DNA of 64,000 nt from Vicugna vicugna (GCA_013265495.1 MU058287.1:124001-188000), one strand, 5' to 3'. Positions 25,110 to 38,145 are shown, counted from the stretch's first letter. The notes: generated from the letters alone by a model not told the origin. Program-made: numbers and translations.

Positions 25110-25620
25110 CTTTGTTCATGTATATAGCAAATTTTTACATATAAGCACGGTATAGGTCAGGCAGTGGGGGAACAGTGAACAAGACAGAGAAGATCCTGTC
25201 CCCTGAGACCTCACTTTCTCATAAGAGAGCTGGACAATGAACGACTGAACAACAGCAACAAAAAGAGCCCATTTTCGATCAGGGTCTCTGATAGAAAGTA
25301 ATGGAGCAGCGATGAGGCTTCCAGGAAGAGGTGCTATTTAACCTCGACCCGGAGGAACAGAGAATCCAGCCACGTGACAACGGGGAAGAGCATTCCTGGC
25401 AGAGAGAATGGAAAACGGTATTGCTGTGAGGCAGGAGAGCACATAAGGAGTTTTAGGAACAATCAAATTGCCAGTTGGATCTTAGGGAGCAAGAGAGAAT
25501 ACAGTGCAAGTCAAGGTTGGAGAGAAAGGCAGGAACCAAATCACAGAGGCTCCTGCAGGAGTTGGGTTTTCATTCTCATGCTATTTACTCAGTCAGAAAA
25601 GATCATTAAGGACTTCAGTG
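25110..25620 (-). mobile_element. L2 fragment
   Basis: acagtgaacaagacaga, gaggcttccaggaagaggtg and ggggaagagcattcctggcagag motifs. Confidence 0.7.
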
Positions 25621-27334
25621 TGGCTAAATGTGGACACATAATCAATTCTCCCCGAAAGATGACAGTAAAAGGCCATGAAGAAGGCATAACATCAGCGTGT
25701 GCTTTAGAAACTCTCTAAATGGAGACTCCGGCTTTAAGGTAATTTGAGCAGAATGCTTAACATAAAAAATACAGTGTTACAACCTGATCATTACAGCAGA
25801 GGAATTCAATGTCACACTGTTAGGAATGAGTACTAGAAACAAGCTGTACTGTGGAACAAAAGCTGCTGTAACATTTCAGAGGGCCCTATGCTTCTGTGCA
25901 TTTCTGAAGCTAAGGGTAGGGTGGAGGGAAGTCAGCCGGGAGGAGAGCACCTGGGGACCTGGAGCTCCTGGACGTGCCAAGTGGGAAGGCAAGGGCCAGG
26001 TCCGAGTGAGCCTTCCCTCTCTGCGTGGGGGCCATCAGAGACAAAGCCAGCTAGCATCCGGAAGGCACACCTTATTCTCACGCTTTGTGTGTTTGGAAAG
26101 CGAAATCACACCTGGAATCATGTCTCAGTATTACCTCTCAGCAACAGCCTGACCTTGGAAAGCATCGATGGGAAAGCCAATTATGAAAAGGAAATCTAGA
26201 TGCAAAGTAGCAGAACCCGGAAGAGAATTTAAGTTTTTACCAGTTTGGTAAATCTGAGTACTAATAGGAAAAGATTTCATAAGCTCATGTCATCTTGAAG
26301 CTGAAGACTTTAAAGATGCCTTCATTTATTTCCTCCCTGCACTCCTTCTATGGTGGACGTTTGCAGTCATGCTACATGGCCTTCATAGACAAATCTCTAG
26401 ATTAGTGACTTTTCTCTTTAGCCTCCTCCAGGGTTGATTTCCCTGCAACATCCTTCGCATCCTAATTAGTTTTACTAAACTCCAAGGAATTTCCCAGTGA
26501 TCTGTAAAGCTTCTCCTTAGAAGTGGACCAAAGCTGGTTATCTTCTTCTGGACTCCACATAAGGGACTCCTTACAAAAAGCATCAAAGTATGAATTTAGT
26601 TTTCCTTTGTGTTTATTTCTGATCCTTCCAAGGGGTTCAGATGAGGCCTCAGGGACCGGCTGTCACACGAGTGTGTTGTCTGGGAGGCTTGGAGGACTGG
26701 AAACGGACTGTGCTCCTCCTTCTCTCAGTCCAAGTACAGTATCCTGGTCCTGGCAGCTGAGAAGCAGCAGGTGGTGCTGAGCAGTAGCTGGCCCTGGGTC
26801 CCGGCCAGCGAAGGCGCTTCTTCACAACAGCAGGACGTCTCGGTATCGCTTAGCCTGTCCAAGGGAACCTATTTTTGTTCATATCCATGCCCTGGTGGAA
26901 GAGTTCAAACTTATTTTGGGTTTGCTGATGACCGTACCATCGAGAGGATATCAGTGCAGGAAGCCAAGAAGCTACCATCTGTGCCGTGTTTATATCTCAA
27001 GCATTATTTAGGAGGCTGACTGCTCGGTTAGCTGTACCTCTTGACTTTCTAGTGTTACACTAAGAAAGGTGACTAACACTTTCTTGAAAGTCACTTCACT
27101 GTTAATAACCCGTTTAATTCCTTCAATGTATAGTAGGGGTGAAAGGATTGACCGAATTGCACTGGTAAGTGTTGACCCCACAGTGCTTTGCGTGTGTGTG
27201 GTGGGGACACCGTGAATGTTCATTCCTGGTGGACAGAAGGGAGCTGTCAACAGAGGTGTGCTGGTGAACATTAACAACTGGCTCTCTGCAGACAAAATGC
27301 CTGATTTTTTTAGCATGTGCTGATTTCCATAGTG

Positions 27335-28740
27335 AAATATTCAGAACAACTTTCTAAATTTAAAAATTTAGATGAAATGGAGAAATCCTACAAAAGGCAA
27401 AAATGATTAAAAGTAACTCAAGAAAAAACAGAAAATCTGAACCCTGTATATCTATTAAAGAAATTGACCTCATAATTATATCTTCTCACAAGAAAACTTA
27501 CAAATCCAAATGACACCACTGGAGAAGTCGATCAAATAGTCTAAGAAATAATACCAATCTTGCACAAACTCCTTCGCAAGATAGAGGAGAGAACACATCC
27601 CCATTTATTTTTTGAGGCCAGTGTTATATAGTAACCAAAAGTGAAAAATGGTATTATGAGGGGAAAAAAAAGAATTAGAGGTCAATATACTTCATGACTA
27701 AAGGTGGGAAAAAAACTCAACAAAATATCAGCAAGTTGAATATAAATATTTATATAATATATAAAAAACATATATAATGATATATATTACTTATATATGA
27801 GATATATATGAGATAATATATAAAAAAGACATATTATATATAAAAATGATATATGTAAAGCTATATATAAAAATAATAATACATAATGTCCAGGAATTAA
27901 AGGTTGGTTTAACATTAAAAATCAATCAGTATAATTCATCACATTAACAGAAAAAAGGAGGGAAAAGAAAATATGGTCACCTGAAGATATGCAGCAAAGC
28001 TATCTGAAAAAAACTCAGCACTTATTCATTACATACGTAAATTAAGAATAGGAGAGATTTCCCTCAACTTGATGAAAGGCATCTAAGAAAAACCTGCAGC
28101 TAATATCAAACTGAAATGTTAAAAGACTGAACACTTTCCCTAAGATAAAGAAGGTGAAGATGCTCACTCTTAATCACTTCTAGTCAAAATTGTGCAATAG
28201 GAAAAGAGAAAGAAGTAAAAGACATACAAATTGTAAAGAAATGAGAAAGTCCAACTTCATTTGTAGACCATATGCATATAAAAGCCAAAAATAATATATA
28301 ACAAAACTACTCAAACTGCTAAGTGAGTTTAGCAAAGATACAGGATACCACGCCAATATACAAAAATCATTTGTGTTTTTATATACTAGTAACAAAGACT
28401 ATAAAAAAGAAATTTAATGCCATCTACAATAGCATAAAAAACTTGAAATGCTTAGGGATGGATTTAACAAAATATGTACAAGACCTGTACACTGAAAACT
28501 ACAAACACTGAGAAATTAAAGATTGAAATAAATGGAGACATAGATTACATTCATGGGTTACAAGATTCAGTGTTGTTAAGATGTCATTTCTCCCCAAACT
28601 GAATATATTGATTCAGTACAGTCATAATTCTAGGAGGATATTTTTGTAGAAATTCACACGCTGAGATTTTAAAATTCAAGTGAAAATGCAAAGGACTTAA
28701 AATAGGCAGAAGAGTTCTGGAAAAGAAAAGTACAAACACA
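27335..28740 (+). mobile_element. L1 ORF2 (RT region) fossil with an internal AT-rich expansion at about 27740-27880
   Basis: Decayed ORF2p peptides NLDEMEK, EIIPILHKLLRKIE and KCLGMDLTKYVQDLYTENYK, with many stops and frameshifts. Confidence 0.88.
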
Positions 28741-28741
28741 C

Positions 28742-28900
28742 GGTAAGCAGAAATCTCAGAAGGCCCCAGGATTCTGCCCCCTGCTCTGCAGGCCTGTATC
28801 CTCCCCTCCCCTTGAGTGTAGGGGAGGGCTTGTGCCTGGGATGAGATGTTGACATCATGATTAAGTTATGTGGCCAAGACAAAGAGATTTCCACCCATGG
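28742..28900 (+). mobile_element. MLT1 LTR 5' fragment
   Basis: gcagaaatctcagaaggccccaggattctgccccct and gattaagttatgtggc motifs. Confidence 0.5.
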
Positions 28901-29254
28901 CTCCATCCAGGATTGAAGTGGTTTTGTGCCCGTGTATGGACACCCAGACCAAATGTAAAGCTTTGGTTCTCATCCTACGGAAATAAGCACCTCTGAACTC
29001 TCTCTCAGGTCAAGGGGTGCGCACACTTATTGCACAGTCAGCCCTCCAGAGTCAGACTGGGGAAGGAGCTACACACAGGCCCTGAAGTATACTTGTGTCT
29101 CCTGGGCAGGAAATTCCAGGATCATAGTTTCCCAGGATGTGGTTTAGAAGAGGAGGGGCCCAGGCTCTGGGTAGACCAGCCACTTGGACCTGGGATTGCC
29201 TCACTCCAGGGAGAGTGAGAAGGTTCCAGGTGGCTGGAGCAGAGCCTTCCAAAG

Positions 29255-29419
29255 CAGGACATCTCAGACTCTTCTGTGCATAGGAGTGACCTCGGGATCT
29301 TATTAAAATATGAGATCAAACATACGAGGATGGGACCTGGCATTCTGCACATCGAACGAGCTCTCAGGTGGCGTGGGTGCTGCTGTTCCGTGGGACCACA
29401 CTTTGAGTGACAAGGCTGC
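29255..29419. mobile_element. MER5A-type hAT non-autonomous DNA transposon
   Basis: tgtgcataggagtgacctcgggatcttattaaaat ... gggaccacactttgagtgacaagg. Confidence 0.75.
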
Positions 29420-30072
29420 AGCGCACAGAGTCCACCCAGGTCTGAGGGCGGGGAACACTGATACTCAATACACATGAAGTCTGTAGTGGAATGAACAACC
29501 CCAAATTGCGGATAATTCAAAAATGACTTGCTGTACTTGGAAAGACCCTGCTGATAGTTAACCTTAAGCTAATAATAGGTGTTCTGTTCTTTTCTCATCT
29601 TGTGCACTTACCCACTGACTGAAAATAGTTACCTCAAAAGCAGGATAAATTCCTGGGGGGCCCTAATCTGTTATTAGGACTATATGTGTTATCTACAGCT
29701 GCCTATTGTAATTATCATTCAGTGTGTTTTATGAAACAATAAATGGTCCTAAAATCCTAGGTTTTAAGGGTGAATTTTTTTTCTGGGCTAAGATTACCCC
29801 CGTGATAACTGATGTACTTTGGAAAGAACTTTGGAACCCTTCTGATTACTAGCCTTGAGCTATAACCACCAGGAGTTTTGTAAAATAGGGCAATAAAATA
29901 TATATATTATTAATAAAATGACAGAGCATGGATGACTTATAAGAAATGATATAAAAATTGTTTCTGTTTAATATTCATGCTGCATTTTATCATTCTGTGG
30001 TATTTATTATTCTAAGACATAACTCTGAAGAGACTTTGAGACCTGCTTCTGGGATGATTCGTTCCCTTTTCT

Positions 30073-30496
30073 TTTTCTTTTTTTTTTTTGGTAGGGGGAA
30101 GGGGGAGAGTAATTGGGTTTTTATTTATTTATTTGTTTGTTTTTTAACATTTTTTATTGATTTATAATCATTTTACAATGTTGTGTCAAATTCCAGTGTT
30201 CAGCACAATTTTTCAGTCATTCATGGACATATACACACTCATTGTCACATTTTTTTCTCTGTGATTTATCATAACATTTTGTGTATATTTCCCTGTGCTA
30301 TACAGTGTAATCTTGTTTATCTATTCTACAATTTTGAAATCCCAGTCTATCCCTTCCCACCCTCTACCCCCCTGGTAACCACAAGTCTGTATTCTCTGTC
30401 CATGTTATTTATTTGTTTTGATGGAGGCACTGGGGATTGAACCCAGGACCTCCTGCATGCTAAGCAAGCACTCTACCACTGAGCTGTGCCCTCCCC
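30073..30496 (-). mobile_element. Full-length Vic-1-like SINE interrupted by an L1 3' end
   Basis: Head on minus strand is ggggagggcacagctcagtggtagag...ggttcaatcccc (A and B boxes). Poly-T tail at 30073-30089. 14-bp TSD TCGTTCCCTTTTCT at 30059-30072 and 30500-30513. Confidence 0.9.
30139..30404 (-). mobile_element. Young camelid-type L1 3' end nested in the SINE
   Basis: Similar to 4492-4621. 14-bp TSD TTATTTATTTGTTT at 30125-30138 and 30405-30418. Confidence 0.88.
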
Positions 30497-31333
30497 TTCT
30501 CGTTCCCTTTTCTAAGCTACATTTATAGACTATTTACAAGAGCATTCACTTTTAAAAGGATACTATGGTGAAGGTTAAGACCTTTGGCCATTCATTTCTT
30601 TATTTTACCTGGGCTTCCTCTCTCACCATTGGTTTGAGGAAAGATAAGACAATAAATTGAGTACTCTACTTGATTTTGAAGATGATGTTGCCAATGGGTC
30701 CAAATAAACCTCTGGAAACCAGATTTTATATTTTTTTCCAAGAGAATTAGGAAATCTTCCTTTACCCTGCACTCTGCTTCTCAGTGCAACCAAAGCCCCT
30801 GCTTAGGCTATATAAATTAATACATTTGTTGGAAATGTGACTTTAGGACATTTTATAGCAGTGATTTCAATGCTGTTAGTAGTGAAATCGAAACTTGAGA
30901 ATGTGAAGATTAATTTAAACCACATGATGGGTTCAAGGAAAATACACTACAGCTTCTTGAATGTGTGCTAACTCTGTACAGTGGGGACTCGGATCCAAAA
31001 AACCACCAATGAACTTTTAAACCCTCTTGAGAGGAATCAAACCAATACAATTAGCCGTGGAAGGGAGCTGTTCCAGATGACAGACAGACCATCTCTCTCT
31101 CCCTCACCCACAGATCCCTTTGCCTGAGAGAACACAGTGGGAGATCAAGGAAAGGGGAGGGACCCCAACAGTTACCACTAATGGGATGGAGTTAAAGCGA
31201 TCTTTCCAGTTATTAGCTGGCTTATTGATTGGTCTTTCATTTCAGATTACAATTTTGTTGGGTTCTTTCACAACAAATTGTATGTTGTGGACAGTTGGTG
31301 CATTTGAAATAAAGGATTTCTTTTCCCTTCCAG

Positions 31334-31435
31334 TTCGTGGTAGCGGTGTTCTGGATCATTTATGCCTATGACAGAGAGATGATTTACCCGAAGTTGCTTG
31401 ATAATTTTATCCCAGGGTGGCTGAATCATGGAATG
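31334..31435 (+). CDS. AIG1: AIG1 coding exon 3 (34 codons: [34 protein letters not shown])
   Basis: Acceptor tttcttttcccttccag ends at 31333 and donor ATG|gtaagt is at 31436. 102 nt, in frame with exon 2, giving ...AFPVGV|FVVAVFW..., the AIG1 sequence. Missed by the ORF track in this frame. Confidence 0.96.
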
Positions 31436-32529
31436 GTAAGTGGACTAAAACAAATGATTTTCTTTTATTAAAAAAAAATTCTACGAAAGAGCTGTTTTCT
31501 AATGCAAGCTGTTTGTAGAATCTAGCTCAGTAGTTCTGAGATGTTGGAAGATGATAATGAGAGATTATAATTCCAGAAGAAAACTGAATGTAAATGAAAA
31601 AAAAATCTTCCCATGAAATTGAGTCACCATTGAAACTATGTAGTAGCTGAATCTATAGTTTATAAGAGGTGCCAGTGGTGTTTGGTACAGTACAGTGGGC
31701 TCATTCCTGAATGGATGTAATCTCTGTGACATTCAATGGCTTATCCCCTATTGGAGACTAAGGATTGATTCCCACCTGCACAGCTCTGGACACCCTCCTT
31801 CACTTCTCATCAGTGAGACTATGTTGCAAGTAAGCATTGTGCTTGCAGAGTTTCTCTCAGAGGAGCAGCAGAGATCTTACTTTCCTTGGGAGAGCTGCTG
31901 CAGACACTGAGGGTGTCCATAGCAGTGCGGTGGTCCACCTTGTTGGTTCTGCCCATCCCAGGGTATTTGCCTGCGGCTGCTACTAGGTTTTTTCCTTCTT
32001 CTCCGTCTGATCCTTTCAGATGCTTTAGCCATGGTGCTACTGTCACAAGTTTCAAATTAAATACGTTGGCTGGTTTGCACATCACTTGACAAGATCTGAA
32101 GATGTTATTTTCTGCAGAGAAATTTTGTGTCGCCTTCCCTCTCCACCTCTGGAATTGAGCACTGTTTTGTTATTAATTAAGAAGTCTGCATTTTCTGGTT
32201 ACAGCCGTTTTTAGACTATGTCCCCGGGTGCTCCTAGTAAACAGGGCAGCCCATCACAGAAATTATAGGGGAGCGAAGAGCTGGAAATCACGCATCTGAG
32301 GTCCAAAATAACAGTTTTCATTTTGCCCCCGGTTTTGGTACATTTTAAAAGAGAAGTGGAGTATAGTGACAAACAAGTACTACTGTACTGAGGGGCTTTA
32401 ATCAAGCCTTTTGTAAGCCTATTCGTCAGAAGTGGCATATCTCAGAGAACTGGAATTTTCCTTGAGTCCAAGTAGAGCCACACTGTGCAAAGATTAACAC
32501 GACATCTCAGGTCTAGTTACAAACAAATC

Positions 32530-32930
32530 AGTCGGGGCTTGTCAGTTGGATTCAGTCTTCTAAGGGGTCTGGCATAGTGGCTCTGCCCCTTTCCAACATC
32601 TTACCTTTCTTGAATGTGGAAATGCTTTCATAACTCCCAAGTCTTTGCAATCCTCTGCCCCCAGTTCCTTCCCGTTCTGCACTGGGAAGCTCCTGCTCAT
32701 CTGCTGGCTTGTGTAACGTCTGCTTTAAGAAGCCTTTCCCCACTCCCACAGGGTTGCCCTTCCGCTGGTTGTGCTGGCATGGCACTTCCACATCGCCATT
32801 GTGCACATCAGTATCCCCCCCAAAAGTGTTGTGTGTCTAGTGAAAAACTGCAGCCTTCGAATCCCAAGTCTCTGCCCAGCCACCCAGCATATAGGGGGAC
32901 CAGTCCATGTTTATTAGATTGATGAATAAT
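32530..32930 (+). mobile_element. L2 3' fragment
   Basis: gaagcctttcccc motif, ending atgtttattagattgatgaat. Confidence 0.55.
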
Positions 32931-32984
32931 GCAGTACAGCGAGTTTTTCATAATTCTTTGCCAGTTAATACGAAAAGCTACTAT

Positions 32985-33110
32985 TTTTTGAGAATCTACT
33001 ATGTGCCAGGCTCTGTAATTTAATTTGCACAATGGTGCTATGAACAAGAAATGATTATCCTTTTTACTGATGGGGAAACCGAGGCTTAGAAAGTTCCTGA
33101 CACCAGAAGG
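32985..33110 (-). mobile_element. MIR core
   Basis: ctactatgtgccaggc...ttttactgatggggaaaccgaggcttaga. Confidence 0.7.
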
Positions 33111-33559
33111 GCCTTAGGTGAGAACAAAGGATTGCATTACTTGCGGTAGAAGAACAATCCTTGACGATCTGGCCTATTTTCTACATCCCTAAACGGTGCT
33201 ATGTTACCTTCAGGCCAGAGAATAAATCACAGTCTTTGCAGATCCTCGCGCTATTTCACGTTTTGAAGGAATGGTTTATTAAGCATGTCTGCAGCCATTA
33301 GAACTACAACTAGACTCTCCTAAATTTCCCTTGATTCATTTTGATGGGTTAAAATTCCTGCTCTTGGAGAAAAACTCTACTTAGAAATGCAAGGAGGAGT
33401 TGAGTGACACAAATATTTAGGAAAGGGAAAAGGTAAAGTAATGAATGTGTCAGATCCTCTCAGATAATATAAGCTCAGTACATTCTTTCACAATGAATTG
33501 TGTCTCTTCGAGGAGCTGAATGATCATTTTTTTGCTTTTTTCCGGGTTCCAATTTATGG

Positions 33560-34330
33560 TTCCAGAATTACTAACAAGGAAGTTGCATTTGGTGGCTGAA
33601 GAATATTTTGCAATATTAAACAATCTGCATTACATGAAGTATGTATATATGAAGCTTTAAATGCAACATGTATAAAAAAATGATGCTGATTCTTTAGACT
33701 GACAGTTAAAATATGAACATTAAATATTGGAATCATGAGTAGTTTAATTTTTTAATGTATAATAAGATTTATGAAATATCAAAAAATTAAATCAACATTT
33801 TCAGCTTTGTTTAAATTTTATTTAAAAGTCTAATAATAATTATAATTTGCATTTGCTTTTAATTTTAATAGATATTTTTGAATATCTAATTATAAAAATA
33901 TTAAAATGATTTATTGACATTTTTACATTTATTTAATGTTCATATTTTAATGAAAATACTCAAATTGTGTGCACTTTGATTATAATTGCATTTTAGTTTT
34001 AATTGATGTTTTAGGTTAAATACTATCAGCAGATCTCAAATTTTGTGAGACTTTCCATTATAAAAACATATTTAGTGAATTTGCTGAAATGAAGCCAAGA
34101 AAATAAAAATTTGGAATATTTATATTTATATTATGTGAACTATTTATACTTTATATGTCTGTGTATTTTTTCTTTACTACTCATCCAATCATATTTTTTA
34201 ATTTTGTTTTATGAAAATATATCTAATGATGTAGGAGGATAGAAGATATTTTATTCAATACTTTCTAGTTCAATTTGTAACTTTCAGATATTTCAGCAAA
34301 TGGTTTCTGACCCTCTAGGCTTATTTGCTA
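33560..34330 (+). mobile_element. AT-rich hAT (Tip100/Zaphod-like) DNA transposon fossil
   Basis: 34020-34106 translates ILSADLKFCETFHYKNIFSEFAEMKPRK*, resembling the hAT transposase C-terminal dimerisation tail. Outer boundaries are inferred from AT-richness only. Confidence 0.5.
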
Positions 34331-34816
34331 TTATTGCCTGCTTAGATCTTACAACTACAGGAATCCCAAGAGAGAATGCACCCTGTTCTTATGCATAGAG
34401 TCACATTCATTTTTGAGGAAGTGCAACATAATTTCTAGGGATCCAGAGCCCTGAACCACAGAACTGAGGTGCAGTGCATGAGTCTACTGTGGCATCATTT
34501 CAGAGCAACCATCAAGTCAGTCTTGAATTTGCAACATTCAAACAGCCATGAGAGAAAACTCACAGGAGCTGAAGTTCACAGGGGTTTCAATTTTGATTGA
34601 CACTAACGTTGCCAAAAGTTAGACATGATTATAACCAAAGGGAAAAAAAAAATCTCTCCCTTCCTTTCCATTGTCTTCCTCTTTTCTCTCAGCAAGCAAT
34701 CCTAGAATTTATTTGCAGAGAAGCAGAGGAACCGGGTAAATAGAAGAGTGATACACCCTTGCTGTGTAACCACTAGGTTCCATTAAAATAGTCATCTCTA
34801 AGCTCTATTGAAATAG

Positions 34817-34832
34817 CACACACACACACACA
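34817..34832. repeat. (CA)8 microsatellite
   Basis: Direct reading. Confidence 0.9.
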
Positions 34833-35229
34833 AAGAATTCTAATTTATTACAATTAAAAATATAAACACATAAAAGTGTAGCACATTTAAATGGAGTCAG
34901 TTCAATATCCAAAATCAAAAATCATTCCATCCCTGTAGCCCTGTTTATCTTTGTGTTCCCAGCAACTCCAACAGCCCACGATGCCCACTAGGAATTTACT
35001 AAGTGTTGATAATAAAAAGGATGTTCTTGTATTTGCTTTTGAAACTTGGAAGAATGTCACGTTTACATTCATTTCCTTTACCATCTTTTATCCTCAGTCC
35101 ACCAATAAACAGACAAAAGAAAAACAGAGGTGATATCAGCAAATAACTCAAGAGTTTCCCAAATGTAATGAGAGTGGTCATGGACAGTGGCGGTAGGATT
35201 CTGCATGGCTGCCACATATAGGGGCTAAG

Positions 35230-35335
35230 CTTTAGTTTAATTCAATCTAGCAGGCATTTATTGAAAACTCATCACATGCAAAGCACCCTGCTAGGCACTG
35301 TGTGGCTACAGGATGAGAAAAAGACATGCCGTTTT
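35230..35335 (-). mobile_element. L2 3' terminal fragment
   Basis: gcatttattgaaaactc...gcaccctgctaggcactg. Confidence 0.6.
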
Positions 35336-35555
35336 AATGGGTGGAAAGGGCATGTTTGAAGTGGATGAAGGTAGGCAGGAAAACAGTTTCCCAAGCCAAA
35401 ACAGTGTCCCCACTAGGCTGTGTTCATTCGGACAAGGAGAAGTACTGTTGTTATTCTGGCTTGTTTCTTGGTTGCAAAAGTAGAGCCATGAACCTTTCTC
35501 TTCTGCTGATTATAATTTTAAAGCATTGTCAATGGAGTAAATACACATTAAAAGC

Positions 35556-35574
35556 AATAAATAAATAAATAAAT
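35556..35574. repeat. (AAAT)n repeat
   Basis: aataaataaataaataaat. Confidence 0.85.
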
Positions 35575-36724
35575 ATTTAAACTCTAGAAAGACTGCAATC
35601 TCTCAGTGATGCTGTAACAGGAAAAACCAACAATAAGACAGTCTCTTAGCTTATTGAAGACCTAATTAATGTTTACAAAGTGCTTTGAGAATGCCAAGCA
35701 CTGCAGAAGTTTAGGATATTATTATTATCCCGCAGATCTTTAAGCAGACATGACCTCGATGTTCTTATAATCACAGCAGGAATTACTCATTCCTCATATA
35801 ATTTATCAGGAGAGGAAAAAATAAATTCTACCTCTCATGTTTGATTCGTCAGTTGTTCTTGTGATATGTAACCGATCCTCAAGAGAACCTTAATTTAGGC
35901 AAATCTTTATCCTGTTCAACATTATTTTGACATTTGGTAATTACTAAACTTTTCGTGTATCTGTCTTTCTCCAAAGAGAAGGCATTAAAAACTGCTTGGA
36001 TGATCATTGGTTTTGCAGGAACTCAGATTTGACATTATTCCTTTGGTAAATCATGCAATTTATGGAAATTTTCCATTTCTGGGATACACAGATTACGCAT
36101 TTCATGACCCATGGAGTCTGTGCCACCCTGATATTGGATATTGCATAAAATAAGCTCTTGGTTGAAAGAACACCTTCTTTTTCATATGAAAAAACTGACC
36201 TTTCTTGATTTTCCCAATATATTCTAAAGTAACTAGATGGTATTTGGAAATTTTCAAAAATAAACGTAAGATGGGAACAGAGGTCAGAAATTTCTTGAGA
36301 ACCTCTTTCTAGGGCTCCCAGTGGACCTTCCGAAGAAAACAAATAAGACCCCAAAGAACAAGGCGGAGAGCTGCATCCACGGTGAGGCGGACTCTTCAGA
36401 ATTACTGCACACCGTTGTCATGTGGGAGCTTTTTTCATATCCAGTTTAGCTGATCGTAGCTTCTTCCACTGTGGATTTTTATTTGTGATCATTAGTTCTG
36501 CCAAGTCCAGTTCTCCTGTGTTAGATATTGTCAATCTAAATTTTGACATAGAGATTTGATTCCATCTCTTTAACTCAGTAATCAATTTTAATGTATTTTA
36601 TTTTAGCTGTTGCCAATTTTCTTTCTCATTTATTATTTCACCCAGAAACATTGTAAATTGGAGAAAATGTATGTTTTAAATGGTATCTGACAAACTTTTG
36701 AACAATTTTGTGAGGTTGAGAGAT

Positions 36725-38145
36725 GGAGAGGGTTTTCCAGTTCCACGTATGCAGAGCTTAGAAGGTGCAGCTCCGTCATAACAAGTAAAAAGCTGAACAG
36801 ATTGAAAAATCAACAACTCTTCTTGGATCCACATGAGAGGGAGAACATAGAACAAACCACTGCCCCAAGGTTCAAGAGACAGCCCAGCAAGTCCAGAGAA
36901 TAATAACTTAACTGGAGCATAGTCTCTTGAGCAGAAACCTCTACGGGAAGCAATACCAGGGAGGGAAACCTGAACTGCAACTGACGGATTATAGGAGGCT
37001 CAGTGAGGACGGTCTGAGAGTGAAAACAATCCAGGGTGACCCAGTCATGAAAAAGGTTCCCACAATATTGTGAGATTTACCTGCAGGGGGTTTACCAGAT
37101 TCCTGTAGTAACTATCAGAGAAGCATCCCCTCAGGCTTCCAGCAGAAGGAGGAGTAAAGGAACCACTTTCAAATACACCAGAACACTCACCTCTTGACAA
37201 AGCCTGCCCTCAGGTGAGACGAGCTAACCAGAGCTTACCTGCTGGGGCACCATCAGAGCCTAACTAACCTAGGGGGAGGGACACACCCAGCTCCCGCTGG
37301 CTCGGGCCTTCCTGTCCTACCCAAGGGAGGGGGGAAAAGCCTGAGAAACACCTGGGAAGTTCATAGTCCAGAAGCACAGTCTCACTGAAAGACTGAGTCC
37401 TGACTATCGGACTACAGAACACTTCTCCTCCCCTGACGCCTCACCACCGCATTACTAAAGGACTTTTACAGCAGTTCCTTCTACTCAGTACATCATGTCC
37501 AGCTATCAAGAAAAAAAAATCACAAGTCATACCAGAATGCAACAAATACAATCAAGAGAAACAGAGCAAGCATCAGAACCAGACACGGGAGGAATATTGG
37601 AATTACCAGACTGGGAATTTAAAACAACTATGATTAATATGCTAAGGGTTCTAATGGACAAAGTAGACAGCATGCAAGAACAGATGGGCCATGTGAGCAG
37701 AGACATGAAAAGCCTAAGAAAGAACCCCAAAGAAACGCTGGCAGTAGAAACCCTGTAACAGAAATGAAGAATGCCTTTGATGGGCTTATTAGTAGACTAA
37801 ACACAGCTGAGGAAAGAATCTCTGAGTTAGAAGATGTATCAATAGAATCGTCAAAAAACTAAAAAGCAAAGAGAACAAAGACTGAAAAAAATTGAACAGA
37901 TATCCAAAGACTGTGGGATAACTACTAAAGGTGTAACAGATGCATGGTGGGATTGCCAGAAGAAGAAAGATAAAGAAACAGAAGAAATGCGACTAAGAAT
38001 TTCCCTCAAATGAGGTCTCAGACCCCAGAGCACAGATCCAGGAAGCTCTGAGAATACCAACCAAGATAAATGCCAAAAACACTACATTTTTCAAGTATAT
38101 AAAATCAAAGATAAAGAAAAAAAAAACCCCTGAAAGAAGCAAGAA
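36725..38145 (+). mobile_element. L1 5' UTR plus ORF1 (old L1M subfamily), 3'-truncated
   Basis: ORF 37495-37758 reads ILELPDWEFKTTMINMLRVLMDKVDSMQEQMGHVSRDM. After a frameshift it continues VTEMKNAFDGLISRLNTAEERISELED, the ORF1p coiled coil. Confidence 0.88.

Noticed and set aside
27740..27880. AT-rich block as a structural element
   Set aside because: Decayed (TA)n-type expansion inside an L1 ORF2 fossil.
31120..31371. 83-aa hydrophobic ORF overlapping exon 3
   Set aside because: Different frame from the AIG1 exon, with a TTG start. A chance ORF.
37495..37758. Functional L1 ORF1p or L1TD1-like domesticated gene
   Set aside because: A frameshift and several stops follow, and ORF2 is absent.
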